From positions 2,214 to 66,213 of IMG/VR virus record IMGVR_UViG_3300031787_000100: 64,000 nt of DNA; one strand, written 5' to 3'. The stretch is from a virus. Lineage: Duplodnaviria; Caudoviricetes. Position 1 is the first letter of the stretch. The number at the start of each line of letters is the position of its first letter. Made by a program: the position numbers and the translations under genes. Under the pieces are notes generated by a model that was not told the DNA's origin, did not search any database, and saw only the letters and a program-made list of their open reading frames with translations. Shown one piece after another: positions 26,562 through 36,152 of the stretch.

Positions 26562-26802
26562 TAGACCACGGGGGCATGACACCCTCTTCATTCAGAAAGT
26601 TGAAGATGCAGACCAGAGGCCGATTGTTATGCAGTTGGCTGACGTTTGCATCAACAAAGGTACACCGATTACCGAGATAGCGCTGATGTTTGGCGTGACT
26701 CGTGCGAGTGTGTACAACTGGCTGACTGGTAGATCGGTGCCACGCGCTCGTCATCAGGCAGCAATGCCTAAAGTTATTGCACGTCTTTCAAAACGTAAGT
26801 AA
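26554..26802 (+). CDS. XRE/Cro-like HTH protein
   Basis: ITEIALMFGVTRASVYNWLTGRSVP. Confidence 0.8.
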   Translation: MRNRPRGHDTLFIQKVEDADQRPIVMQLADVCINKGTPITEIALMFGVTRASVYNWLTGRSVPRARHQAAMPKVIARLSKRK

Positions 26803-26809
26803 CCCTCGT

Positions 26810-26843
26810 GGGGTGGCAGGTAGCACTGTCACCCCTATTTTTT
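26810..26843 (+). terminator. Terminator-like hairpin upstream of primase-helicase
   Basis: GGGGTGGCAG-GTAGCA-CTGTCACCCC then TATTTTTT. Confidence 0.65.
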
Positions 26844-26865
26844 CCCCTCAACCCAGTGAGGTTCT

Positions 26866-29715
26866 GTGACTGACTTTCTCAACTCCGTATTACCTACGCA
26901 GGGCTTGTATTGCACTGTGGGTATTCGGTCAAACGCCGTCAAGCAGTCGTTCCAAGCGACGATTGAAGACGTGGAGGCAGTCGGCTCAGGTATGGATTCT
27001 CAAGGCGTGGATGCGTATTTTGCGCTTGCCACATTTGAAGATGACTCAGGTCGCAAGGTGGACAATGCCATCTTTCTGCGGTCGTTCTTTCTAGACCTAG
27101 ATTGCGGTACAGGTAAGCCATACGCTGACCAAGCTGCTGCTGCCCAAGCCCTATCCATATTTGTTGCTGACACGAAGCTCCCAAGTCCAACGCTTGTTAA
27201 CTCAGGTGGTGGGCTACATGTCTATTGGCCCTTGACCGAAGACGTGCCCGTATCCGAGTGGATACGACACGCAAAATCACTGAAGCGTTTGTGCGCTCAG
27301 AAGAAACTATTTGCTGACCCTGCCGTAACTGCAGATGCTGCACGTATCTTGCGCATACCCGGCACCCATAACTTTAAGAACGAAACCTCGAGACCCGTAC
27401 AGATTATTGCAATGGGTACGCCCGTATCCCTTGCTGAGTTTATTGAGCCGTTACCCGCCCCTGCAATGGACTTGAGTGCTGCCAAACAGTTTGGCATGGA
27501 CGATACGTCTAAGGATATTGGTGGCACTGGCGACTACCCTAAGTGTTCGTTTAAGCGCATAGCTATCCGTAGCATTAACGGTAACGGTTGTGCGCAGATG
27601 AAGCATGCCATTGAGCAAGCACCTACACTGGAAGAGCCGTTGTGGAGGGCTGCGCTGTCTATCGCTGTGCGTTGTGAAGATGGCCCCACGGCTATCCATA
27701 CCATGTCCAAACGGCATCCCGAGTACTCGGCAGAGGCGACTGAAGCTAAAGCTGCTGAGACCAAAGGCCCGTACACCTGCGAGTGGTATCGGGACAACAA
27801 CCCATCACTGTGCGAGGGTTGCCCACAGAAGATTTCTACACCTCTTCTGTTGGGTAAGTTTGTAGAGCAGGCAGTGGTTGAGGATGACCAGTACATCATT
27901 GAGACGCCCAAGGACGAGACGGCACCTGCACTCACCATGTCGATACCGGCATATCCGTTCCCATACTTCCGTGGGGCTAACGGTGGTGTATACAAGAAAG
28001 AACGTACCCCTGATGGTGAGGAAAAGGATGTTGAAATTTACCCATACGACCTATACCTGACAGAAAGGTTCTTTGACTCTGACCAGTATGGCAATGGTGA
28101 AGGCGAGATGGTGGGGCTGAACTTGCACATGAAGCAAGACGGTATCCGCAGGTTCTACGCCCCAGTGACAACACTGTTCACTAAAGATAAGATGCGTGAC
28201 CTACTGATTAAAAACGGTGTGGTCGCTTACGGAAAACACTTGGATGCAATCATGGCTTATTTTGCTTCGACACTACGCAAACTGCAGTCGCAGTACGCTG
28301 CAAACAGAACCCGCAATCAAATGGGGTGGACACCGGATGGGCTTGGCTTTGTTGTAGGTGAGTTGGAATACACGGCAGCGGGTACTAAACTAGCGCCCCC
28401 CGCAAGCGGTACACGAGAGTTGGCTGAGCAGTTTAAACCAACTGGCACGTTAGAGGAGTGGAGCAAGATCGCTAACTTCTACAACCGGCCCGGACTTGAG
28501 ACACATGCACTGGCGTTGTTTTTTGGCTTTGGTTCACCCCTGTTGAAGTTTATTGGCCCCAAGCAGAACGTAAAGGGCGCGTTGATTCACCTTAAACACA
28601 ACGGGTCAGGCTCCGGCAAGTCAACGGCTCAGATGGTGGTCAACTCTATCTTTGGCAACCCTGACACCCTACTGCTGAAGCAAGACGACACGTACGCTTC
28701 CAAGATGCACTTGCTTGGCATGATGAACAGCATTGCGTTTACTGTGGATGAGATCACCAACGAGAAGCCTGAGGTTCTGTCTGACTACGCCTATGGATTC
28801 ACCTCAGGGCGAGGCAAGCACCGTATGGAATCGCAGAGTAATAAACTGCGTGTGAACAACACAACATGGTGTAACTTTACCCTGTCGTCCGGCAATGCCT
28901 CTGTTGTTGACGCCCTGCAGAACCTTAAGAGTACGGCAGATGGTGAGCTTCGTCGGGTGCTTGAGGTTGCGTTCCACAAATACACAGGCTCAACCAAGGC
29001 CGAGATTGACGAGACGTTTGGCAAGCTTAATTCTAACTACGGCTTGGCAGGCCCGATATACATTCAGTACATCATTGACAACCACGACCATGTAATGAAG
29101 CTGCTTGCTGATATGCAAGCCAAGGTGGACAAGGCGCTGAACCTAGATCAGACTGACCGTTTCTATTCTTGTTTGTTGACGTGTGCCTTTGTGGGTGCCT
29201 TGATTGCAAAAAAGCTTGGCCTAATTGACATCGACATTACACGTATTTACCAATACGCACTGGGCGTAGTTCGGGAGTCGATTGCATCTAACTTGTCTAG
29301 CGTTGGTAATCCAATGACTGTGGCACAAGAGACACTGGGCGCGTTCATCAACGAGAACGTCAACAATGCAATGGTGGCTGCATATACCCCCAAGGGTGGC
29401 TTGCCTGAGAGACCTGCGCTAACACCCAAGGGCAAACTGGTGATGCGGTACGACCCTGACACCAAGACGCTTGCAATCCCTGTGGCTGATTTACGCAAAT
29501 ACTTTACCGGTAGACAGGTGGACGTGCGTGATAGCTTGGCACGGCTAACCACTGCGGGGTATCTAAAGCACGGTGGCAAGTCGCATCCAACTCGGATTGG
29601 TGCGGGAGCCGTTGGTGGGCTTAGCGGTATTGCAGTACGCTGCTACATCTTTGATGGAGACGTAATTGGCATTGACGAAACGGCGTTCGCGCAAGCGGAA
29701 GCTTCCGACATTTAA
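26866..29715 (+). CDS. Primase-helicase (AEP/RepB-like primase plus DUF927-type helicase)
   Basis: FLDLD, NSGGGLHVYW, RILRIPGT; Cys cluster; GSGSGKST Walker A, VDEIT Walker B. Confidence 0.85.
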   Translation: MTDFLNSVLPTQGLYCTVGIRSNAVKQSFQATIEDVEAVGSGMDSQGVDAYFALATFEDDSGRKVDNAIFLRSFFLDLDCGTGKPYADQAAAAQALSIFVADTKLPSPTLVNSGGGLHVYWPLTEDVPVSEWIRHAKSLKRLCAQKKLFADPAVTADAARILRIPGTHNFKNETSRPVQIIAMGTPVSLAEFIEPLPAPAMDLSAAKQFGMDDTSKDIGGTGDYPKCSFKRIAIRSINGNGCAQMKHAIEQAPTLEEPLWRAALSIAVRCEDGPTAIHTMSKRHPEYSAEATEAKAAETKGPYTCEWYRDNNPSLCEGCPQKISTPLLLGKFVEQAVVEDDQYIIETPKDETAPALTMSIPAYPFPYFRGANGGVYKKERTPDGEEKDVEIYPYDLYLTERFFDSDQYGNGEGEMVGLNLHMKQDGIRRFYAPVTTLFTKDKMRDLLIKNGVVAYGKHLDAIMAYFASTLRKLQSQYAANRTRNQMGWTPDGLGFVVGELEYTAAGTKLAPPASGTRELAEQFKPTGTLEEWSKIANFYNRPGLETHALALFFGFGSPLLKFIGPKQNVKGALIHLKHNGSGSGKSTAQMVVNSIFGNPDTLLLKQDDTYASKMHLLGMMNSIAFTVDEITNEKPEVLSDYAYGFTSGRGKHRMESQSNKLRVNNTTWCNFTLSSGNASVVDALQNLKSTADGELRRVLEVAFHKYTGSTKAEIDETFGKLNSNYGLAGPIYIQYIIDNHDHVMKLLADMQAKVDKALNLDQTDRFYSCLLTCAFVGALIAKKLGLIDIDITRIYQYALGVVRESIASNLSSVGNPMTVAQETLGAFINENVNNAMVAAYTPKGGLPERPALTPKGKLVMRYDPDTKTLAIPVADLRKYFTGRQVDVRDSLARLTTAGYLKHGGKSHPTRIGAGAVGGLSGIAVRCYIFDGDVIGIDETAFAQAEASDI

Positions 29716-29968
29716 GACACCGAAGGCTCCTAAGCCAAAGCCGAAGCTGTCGGACAACATGAGAGTACTCACCCTGTTTGGGGTTGAGTATTTTCTCCTT
29801 TGGGAGCGGTTTGTTATCGGTAGCTCGTTCTTCTTGCCTACCACTGCAACACCCGCGCAGGTGCGAAACGCACTCCTACCGGCTACTAGGTTTCTTAAAA
29901 TCAAAATAGAAGTACGCGCCCGTTGTGAGTACGGGCGGTACGGTACGCGAGTTTGGCGGGTCTACTGA
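29666..29968 (+). CDS. Hypothetical protein (start may be 29759)
   Basis: Last plus-strand ORF; GSSFFLP..GTRVWR. Confidence 0.6.
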   Translation: MALTKRRSRKRKLPTFKTPKAPKPKPKLSDNMRVLTLFGVEYFLLWERFVIGSSFFLPTTATPAQVRNALLPATRFLKIKIEVRARCEYGRYGTRVWRVY

Positions 29969-32900
29969 ACTTTGCGTAGTTCTGCTTTGGCTTCACGTAC
30001 CCAACCAACCAACTCAATCTCCATCTGTTTCAGTTCTTTGAGTTCTGCTTCGCGGTCTGCCTTGCTCATGTCATTAGCACCCTCTGGGCTGTTCAAGAAC
30101 TTGCGATAAGCACGGGTGCGTTCCAGTTGTTCAAGCGTAGAGTTAACTGCGCTCTCTAACATTAACTCATCCCCATGTTCCTCAATGTATTTCTCAGCAC
30201 GGGTTAAGTCGGTTTTCATCAACTCATTCAGCGTAGTGTTTGCCTTGCCGACCTTCTCGCGCTCCTCGTAGAACTCAGTCATGCGTCGTGTGCCAACTGG
30301 GTCATATAAGTAGTTGCTGAACAGTGCGTACTTATGTAGTGGGCGATCAACTCGCGTTGGGTTAAGTAAGCTGTCCGTCACCATCGTAACCATTGCAGCA
30401 GTTGAGCCGAAGTATCCACGCAGTGCGTTGTCAAGCATGATTGGAGAAACTTCAACGCCAATCTCATCACGGCTAAATACGGCAATGGCTTTAGCCAACT
30501 CAGACGTCTGCTCAGTCATACGCATGCTTGGGTCCATCGCCCTGTGGTGATAGCCTTCCAAGTCTTTGCCAGTCAAGAATGACTTGTTAGCCCATGCCTC
30601 AATCACCGGTTTGATAGCTTGCGGTATTGGCACGGCACGACCTAAGTACTGCTCAAACATATAGCTCAGCGTTGTACGCACGGCTTCAAATGCCGTTTGC
30701 TCTTCTGGTGTACCCTGACGACGCATGTATTCTACGATACGCTCGGGAATGACTTTAAAGATAGCACCTAGTTCGCCCGGAACTCCGATCTTGTATCCGC
30801 CACCAAGAATCCAGTTGCTGTCCCGAGTACGCAAGTCCATCTCGTTGTAGTCTTCGTCGTCATCGCCCTTACCCAACGCATACAGGGAACTCAGCATCGT
30901 GACAGTAACCGCACGGCTATAGAACAATCGCCGAGCTTGCGCACGATCAACAGAAGAACTTGAGTCCTTGCCTGACGCTGCGCGATACAGCACATCCATA
31001 CCTTGTATGTAAGCGTTAAAGAACGGGATGACCGTAATCATGTCAGTCACAAACTGATTCGCACCACGGCGACGGAAGTTAATAAACTCACGGGCACGGG
31101 TCTGTGCCAACAACTCATCGCCCTTGCTTTCCTTCATGGTCTGATCGTAGATTGCCTTACGAACGGCCAAGTCAGACGCACGGGTAATGCCATCGAGTTT
31201 GTGAATCAGTGACTCAAACCTACCGCGCTTTTTGTAACCTAAATCTTTTAGCAAAGATGTTGCAGGCTTACCGGCTTCAAAGTCGTACTCACCAGTCAAA
31301 CCGAGGCGTCCAAAATCTCTGACGTATGGGTGTTCAAGCCCCGGCAAACCAAACAGCGCCTTCACAGTTTGTTTCCCTTCGTGCCACACTAAATTACCAA
31401 AGTTAGTCAAAGACATCCATACCAATGCGCCGGGGTTTCTTACACCGGAGGTCATGATGGCACGTTGCACGTCGTCCATTACCTGCTTCAACGCAAATGG
31501 CGGCAGTACAGTAACTGTTTTGCGTAGGATGTTAGAGAACGCACCCATTGCCCGAATCCAACCCGCCTTAGGTGGGTTCAAGTCTTTAAACGCCATGACG
31601 TCGTACTTGCTTGGCACTGACCAATACATCATCTCGCCGTCAACATAAGCGCCAACAACGTTTGGTTTGCCTTGGTTAGTGCGCCCCAAGAACTTAGCCT
31701 GTCCAATGTCTTCTAGGCTACGCAAAGTTGTTAAAGTAGCGTCGGCTTTAAGTGTTTGCCCAACCATCCAACCGAGCGTGTTTAGGTAGTTATCGAACAC
31801 ATTGCCCACCGGACGGTTGAGCGAACCAACCAACTCAGGTAGCTTGCCAAGTTGTGCCAAACCTTTACCACTGATCTTTTTGGCTTTGTTGAAGTTGGTG
31901 GTTACCTCGTCAATTGTTTCACGGTCAAATGGTACATAGCCTACGACCTCGCGCCACAGCTTGCCTTCTTCAGCAGACAATCTACCTACCGAAACCAAGT
32001 TGTCAACCATCGCTTTACGGGCTTCGTCCATGAGCTTGCTCATTTCCTGCAAGTCTGGGTCGGCGTTGTATGCTTTTACTAACTGGTCGATCTCGTTGTC
32101 TTTTAAGTGAATCAGGAACGTTGTGCCGTCTTGCGCATTAGACCTGCGCATCTCATTTAAACGCACACCTTCCAACACACGGCTGGCAATTTGTGTGGCG
32201 CGTTCACGGCTGTATCCGTTTTTTTCTCCGTACTTGTCAATCAAACCATAAACTTCTGCAGGTGGGCGTACGCCTTCACCCATGCCGGACTTCCACAAGC
32301 CTGTTGTTTTATCTTTATACAACGTGCCAGTTTGGAAATACTCAAGCAGCATCTTGGTGTAGTCTTGCGCTTGACGGTACAGACCCATGGGGTTTAGCTT
32401 GCCCAGCTTGTCACGCACCGCGCCATCAAACTTCTCACTCAAACGTTTTTCAATCGTGGCAGCAATGTCTGATACTTGCGTACGGAACTTAGTCACGTAG
32501 CCAATGTCAGAGTTGGATTGAACACCGGTAAGTAAGTTTTTTAATCCGGATTTGTCGTCACGGTTTAACGGCCCCATGGAGTCAATAAGTTGCTCGTCGC
32601 TAAAGGTAACGGCAAAATCAATCTTAGTGTCTGCTGGAGAAACAGAACGCGTACCAGCGGGGTTAAACCCCCATAAGAAAGCATCAGCACTGCCCGGCCC
32701 CATGTTTTCTAAGAATTCTGCAACGGCTCTGGATGGTGGGAACTTACGCCCTGACACCACGGCAACCAAGTCACGCATCATTTGCGCAACTTTAGAGAAG
32801 AACTTTTCGGCAATCGTCAATGGCTTATCGGCAGTGGTGGCCCAACGAGACACGTTGTCTGCAAACCACTCACTAAATCCTAACCAGTATTGCTGTTGCT

Positions 32901-35900
32901 TTGCTCTTAGTTGATCTGTAGTTACGTCAGGAATACCGGACCGTTCCATGTTTTCCGTACCACGGCGGTTGCGAAGATTGGGAACTAACTCCCGCATGCT
33001 CTTGCCTTTGTTGGTGGCAAGCCATGCATCGTACTCATACAAGACCGCTTCTTTTTCTTTTACAGACGCGGTGTCAAACGCAATATGCTGGATCATGTGC
33101 CCAAGTTCATGAGCAATAATCTCAAGGGTCATGTCCGGGTCCATATCGTCCCGGATATAGAGAAAGAACTCTTGGTAGTTTGGCCCCATTCGCGTTGTAG
33201 CGCCTTTGGTTTCGTCCCCCCGCGCCAACATTTCGTATGGACGAGCGTACCTACCATGCAGATGAAACTTCTCGGGAAAGTTTTCTACGTCTTTACCAGT
33301 AAAGAAAAATGTGTTGATGTCCTTTAAACCCAATGAGTCCATCAAATCCCGCAGATATGCAACGTATCGTGGGTTAATATTGTCGCCAGCCACTACGTTT
33401 GATTTGGCATTGGTAAACGGCCCGTTGGGGTATTTCTTGGTTAAGTCTTCTTCACGTTTAACGTCTTCCCGTTTTGCTTTTTGCAGTTCAGCAATTTCTT
33501 GGCTGGAAAAACGTCTGGTAGTTGTTGGGTCCATTACAGACACATCAGTTGACACGTAGGGAGACGTGTCACGCGCTGCACCGTAAACAATTTTGCCGTC
33601 GGGGTCTACGTACTTAACAAGCGCAATATTGCCTTGGCTGTATGTAACAACGCCTTTGTATTTTATTGCTACAGAATTAGCCCACTTTGGATGCACAGGT
33701 TTGGCTGCTATAGCGGCTGCGTTTTTGGCAGCGTCTGCCTTGGCTCTGGCTTCTTTTTCCTTGCGCTCCACTTCCTCCATCTGCTTTGCAAATTCATCTG
33801 CTTCGCGCTTGCGTTCAGCCTCTTCCTCAGCTTCTACTTTGGCTTTACGGTCAGCTTCCGCTTTAGCTTCCGCATCCTCTTTGGCTTTACGCTCGGCATC
33901 TTCACGAGCTTTGCGTTGCGCGTCAGTTTCTACAGTTTCAGCAGTGCCAGTAGCAGCCGGTGCTTTAGTCGTTTTGGTAGTGGTAGTTTTAGTAGCTGCC
34001 CCAGTAGCCTTCTTTGATCCCTTAGTAGTCGTGGTAGTGGCAGGAGCACCAGTAGCAGCAGGAGTAGTTGTAGGCGCATTTGTTCCTTTAGCGAGTCGTT
34101 CTGCTTTGTCTAGCGAATCCCACTCCGCTTTCTTTTGAGAAAGCAGGTCAGTTATCTCATCCCATCTTGCACGAGCTTTAGATTTCACAGCGGGCCGTTT
34201 CCCTGCGCTAGTGAGAAGGGCTTGTTGCTCTTCCCTTAGCACCCGCATTTCATCCATAACTTGGTCGGCTGTTCTATTAGCCGTTACTGCAGGGGGCTGA
34301 GTTCCTTGAGCTTGAGTTCCCGTGCCAGCAGGTTGTCCAGCAGGTGCCAATCCGAGTCCGTCAGGTGTTGCAGATGTTCCGGTGGTGGCGGGAACTCCGG
34401 TTCCGGGTTGTACCACGTCGGTGCCGGTAGGCTTACCAGATACTCCCACGCTTGGCTCACCTCCTCCGAGGTCAAGCTCGCCTTGAGGCTGATCCGTTTG
34501 GGTAGGGGTCGGGACATTTTTCTTCTCCTCAAAAACTGCAGGTTGTGGCGATACCAACGCTTTCAATACCCCCGCACGCGCCCCAGTACCACTGATAAGT
34601 TTAGGGTCACGCTGAACCAGCGCTTTAATTTCCTCAACGGTTTTGCCTAGCACATTGTCTTGTATCCACTTTGCGGATGTTTTCAAAGGCAGACCTATGG
34701 CATCAATATCTGCTTGTGTAATAGGTGCAGTAGTTGCACCAGCCAATCCGGGAAAGCGTTGCGCACCGGCTTCGTCAGCGGCTTTTTTCTCTGCTTCTTC
34801 CGTAAGTCGTTGTTCTTTAATGATTTTTTCGGCTTGACGTCTGCCAATATCGGCTTCGTCGTATGACGCCCGTTGCTCGGCCAGTTCTTTGATACGCGCC
34901 TTGACCTCAGGGGTTTGGGGCTGCATCTTAAGCGTTTCTTGTTCTTTAACAAGGTCAGCGTAGTCGCGCTCGTAATCTAATCCTAAACCAAGTTGTTCGC
35001 CTTGCTGCACTGCAGCAGGCTGGGCGGGGGCGGGTTCTTCTTTGGGTTCTGGAACCCGCTTGCCCATTTCTTTGGGCGTGAACAGCGTACCCTGCGTACC
35101 CACAGGAGCTTCCTCAGGCAGTTTGGCTCCGGGAACTACTTCTTCTGGGGGTGTAGGCGCGGGTCTTGCCGCTTCTTCAGCACGTTGTTGCTGTTCTACC
35201 TGTCCACGGGCTTGACCGCGTTCTACAACCCCCGCTGCGCCACCTAGCGGGCCACCAATCAACGCAGCTTGGTATGCGGACTCGCCGTACTCTTTGAGGG
35301 CATCTGGGGATGTTAGGTCTAACCCAGCTTGATAGCGTTCAAGGATTTGCTGGCTAACCTCAACTGGCATTTCAGCAGTACCACGGGCAACACCACGCCC
35401 CGCAGATGCAGCCAGCGAACGCTCGGCGGCTTTGACTAACTCAGCTTGCGATTTGGCTGTAGCAAGTGCGGCATCATCTGCAACACCAAGAATACCTTTG
35501 ACAACTCGTTTGCCTAGCGTAAAGGCAGTACCTACGCTCTCTAATGCGGCTTGGCCTGCGGCAGCGGTATAGGCTTTTGTGCGGTCAATACTGACGTCTT
35601 TGCCTTCTTCCATTTGCTCAGAAGCTTGGCGCTCAACGTTAGAACCCATAAACTGGGGGAGAAGCGCACCTGCGGCACCAGCCGCACCACCAATAATTCT
35701 GCCTCTTGCCCCAAACGGGGCACCTGCAGCAGCACCGGCTTTACCGGCAGCATACATAGACGCTAAGTTAGCGCCTTGTCCAGCTAACGCACGGGGGATT
35801 TGAGATACGGCTTCGCCTGCTGCAGACAGTACGCCTTTGTCTTGATACGCTTTTTGTACGGCTTCTAAGGAGGGTCCAACACCAGCTTCTTCTCCAATGG

Positions 35901-36141
35901 CTTGGCTACGGGCAACACCAGCCTTAGCTGCCTCCTCAGGGTCAAAAACGCTACCAACACCCGTACGAGCAGAAGATACTAACTGTTTGGCACCACGGAC
36001 TAACTCACTACCAAACGTAGATTCTTTGGGTGCGGCGGGTGCCTGAGTATGAGTGTAGTTAGCCCACTGCCATGCCGTGTTGGAATCCGGTGCATCTACT
36101 TCGTAGGTTTTACCACCAACATCGACTTCATACTTAGGCAT
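29962..36141 (-). CDS. Large polyvalent / ejected virion protein (zincin metallopeptidase plus LPD38-like C-terminus)
   Basis: 2059 aa; IIAHELGH..EWFAD; C-terminal PFFNAYIQG, KPVIE...NKSFLTG, SP..LD..LRGYFG. Confidence 0.7.
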   Translation of the reverse strand: MPKYEVDVGGKTYEVDAPDSNTAWQWANYTHTQAPAAPKESTFGSELVRGAKQLVSSARTGVGSVFDPEEAAKAGVARSQAIGEEAGVGPSLEAVQKAYQDKGVLSAAGEAVSQIPRALAGQGANLASMYAAGKAGAAAGAPFGARGRIIGGAAGAAGALLPQFMGSNVERQASEQMEEGKDVSIDRTKAYTAAAGQAALESVGTAFTLGKRVVKGILGVADDAALATAKSQAELVKAAERSLAASAGRGVARGTAEMPVEVSQQILERYQAGLDLTSPDALKEYGESAYQAALIGGPLGGAAGVVERGQARGQVEQQQRAEEAARPAPTPPEEVVPGAKLPEEAPVGTQGTLFTPKEMGKRVPEPKEEPAPAQPAAVQQGEQLGLGLDYERDYADLVKEQETLKMQPQTPEVKARIKELAEQRASYDEADIGRRQAEKIIKEQRLTEEAEKKAADEAGAQRFPGLAGATTAPITQADIDAIGLPLKTSAKWIQDNVLGKTVEEIKALVQRDPKLISGTGARAGVLKALVSPQPAVFEEKKNVPTPTQTDQPQGELDLGGGEPSVGVSGKPTGTDVVQPGTGVPATTGTSATPDGLGLAPAGQPAGTGTQAQGTQPPAVTANRTADQVMDEMRVLREEQQALLTSAGKRPAVKSKARARWDEITDLLSQKKAEWDSLDKAERLAKGTNAPTTTPAATGAPATTTTTKGSKKATGAATKTTTTKTTKAPAATGTAETVETDAQRKAREDAERKAKEDAEAKAEADRKAKVEAEEEAERKREADEFAKQMEEVERKEKEARAKADAAKNAAAIAAKPVHPKWANSVAIKYKGVVTYSQGNIALVKYVDPDGKIVYGAARDTSPYVSTDVSVMDPTTTRRFSSQEIAELQKAKREDVKREEDLTKKYPNGPFTNAKSNVVAGDNINPRYVAYLRDLMDSLGLKDINTFFFTGKDVENFPEKFHLHGRYARPYEMLARGDETKGATTRMGPNYQEFFLYIRDDMDPDMTLEIIAHELGHMIQHIAFDTASVKEKEAVLYEYDAWLATNKGKSMRELVPNLRNRRGTENMERSGIPDVTTDQLRAKQQQYWLGFSEWFADNVSRWATTADKPLTIAEKFFSKVAQMMRDLVAVVSGRKFPPSRAVAEFLENMGPGSADAFLWGFNPAGTRSVSPADTKIDFAVTFSDEQLIDSMGPLNRDDKSGLKNLLTGVQSNSDIGYVTKFRTQVSDIAATIEKRLSEKFDGAVRDKLGKLNPMGLYRQAQDYTKMLLEYFQTGTLYKDKTTGLWKSGMGEGVRPPAEVYGLIDKYGEKNGYSRERATQIASRVLEGVRLNEMRRSNAQDGTTFLIHLKDNEIDQLVKAYNADPDLQEMSKLMDEARKAMVDNLVSVGRLSAEEGKLWREVVGYVPFDRETIDEVTTNFNKAKKISGKGLAQLGKLPELVGSLNRPVGNVFDNYLNTLGWMVGQTLKADATLTTLRSLEDIGQAKFLGRTNQGKPNVVGAYVDGEMMYWSVPSKYDVMAFKDLNPPKAGWIRAMGAFSNILRKTVTVLPPFALKQVMDDVQRAIMTSGVRNPGALVWMSLTNFGNLVWHEGKQTVKALFGLPGLEHPYVRDFGRLGLTGEYDFEAGKPATSLLKDLGYKKRGRFESLIHKLDGITRASDLAVRKAIYDQTMKESKGDELLAQTRAREFINFRRRGANQFVTDMITVIPFFNAYIQGMDVLYRAASGKDSSSSVDRAQARRLFYSRAVTVTMLSSLYALGKGDDDEDYNEMDLRTRDSNWILGGGYKIGVPGELGAIFKVIPERIVEYMRRQGTPEEQTAFEAVRTTLSYMFEQYLGRAVPIPQAIKPVIEAWANKSFLTGKDLEGYHHRAMDPSMRMTEQTSELAKAIAVFSRDEIGVEVSPIMLDNALRGYFGSTAAMVTMVTDSLLNPTRVDRPLHKYALFSNYLYDPVGTRRMTEFYEEREKVGKANTTLNELMKTDLTRAEKYIEEHGDELMLESAVNSTLEQLERTRAYRKFLNSPEGANDMSKADREAELKELKQMEIELVGWVREAKAELRKVQ

Positions 36142-36152
36142 ATATCACTCCA

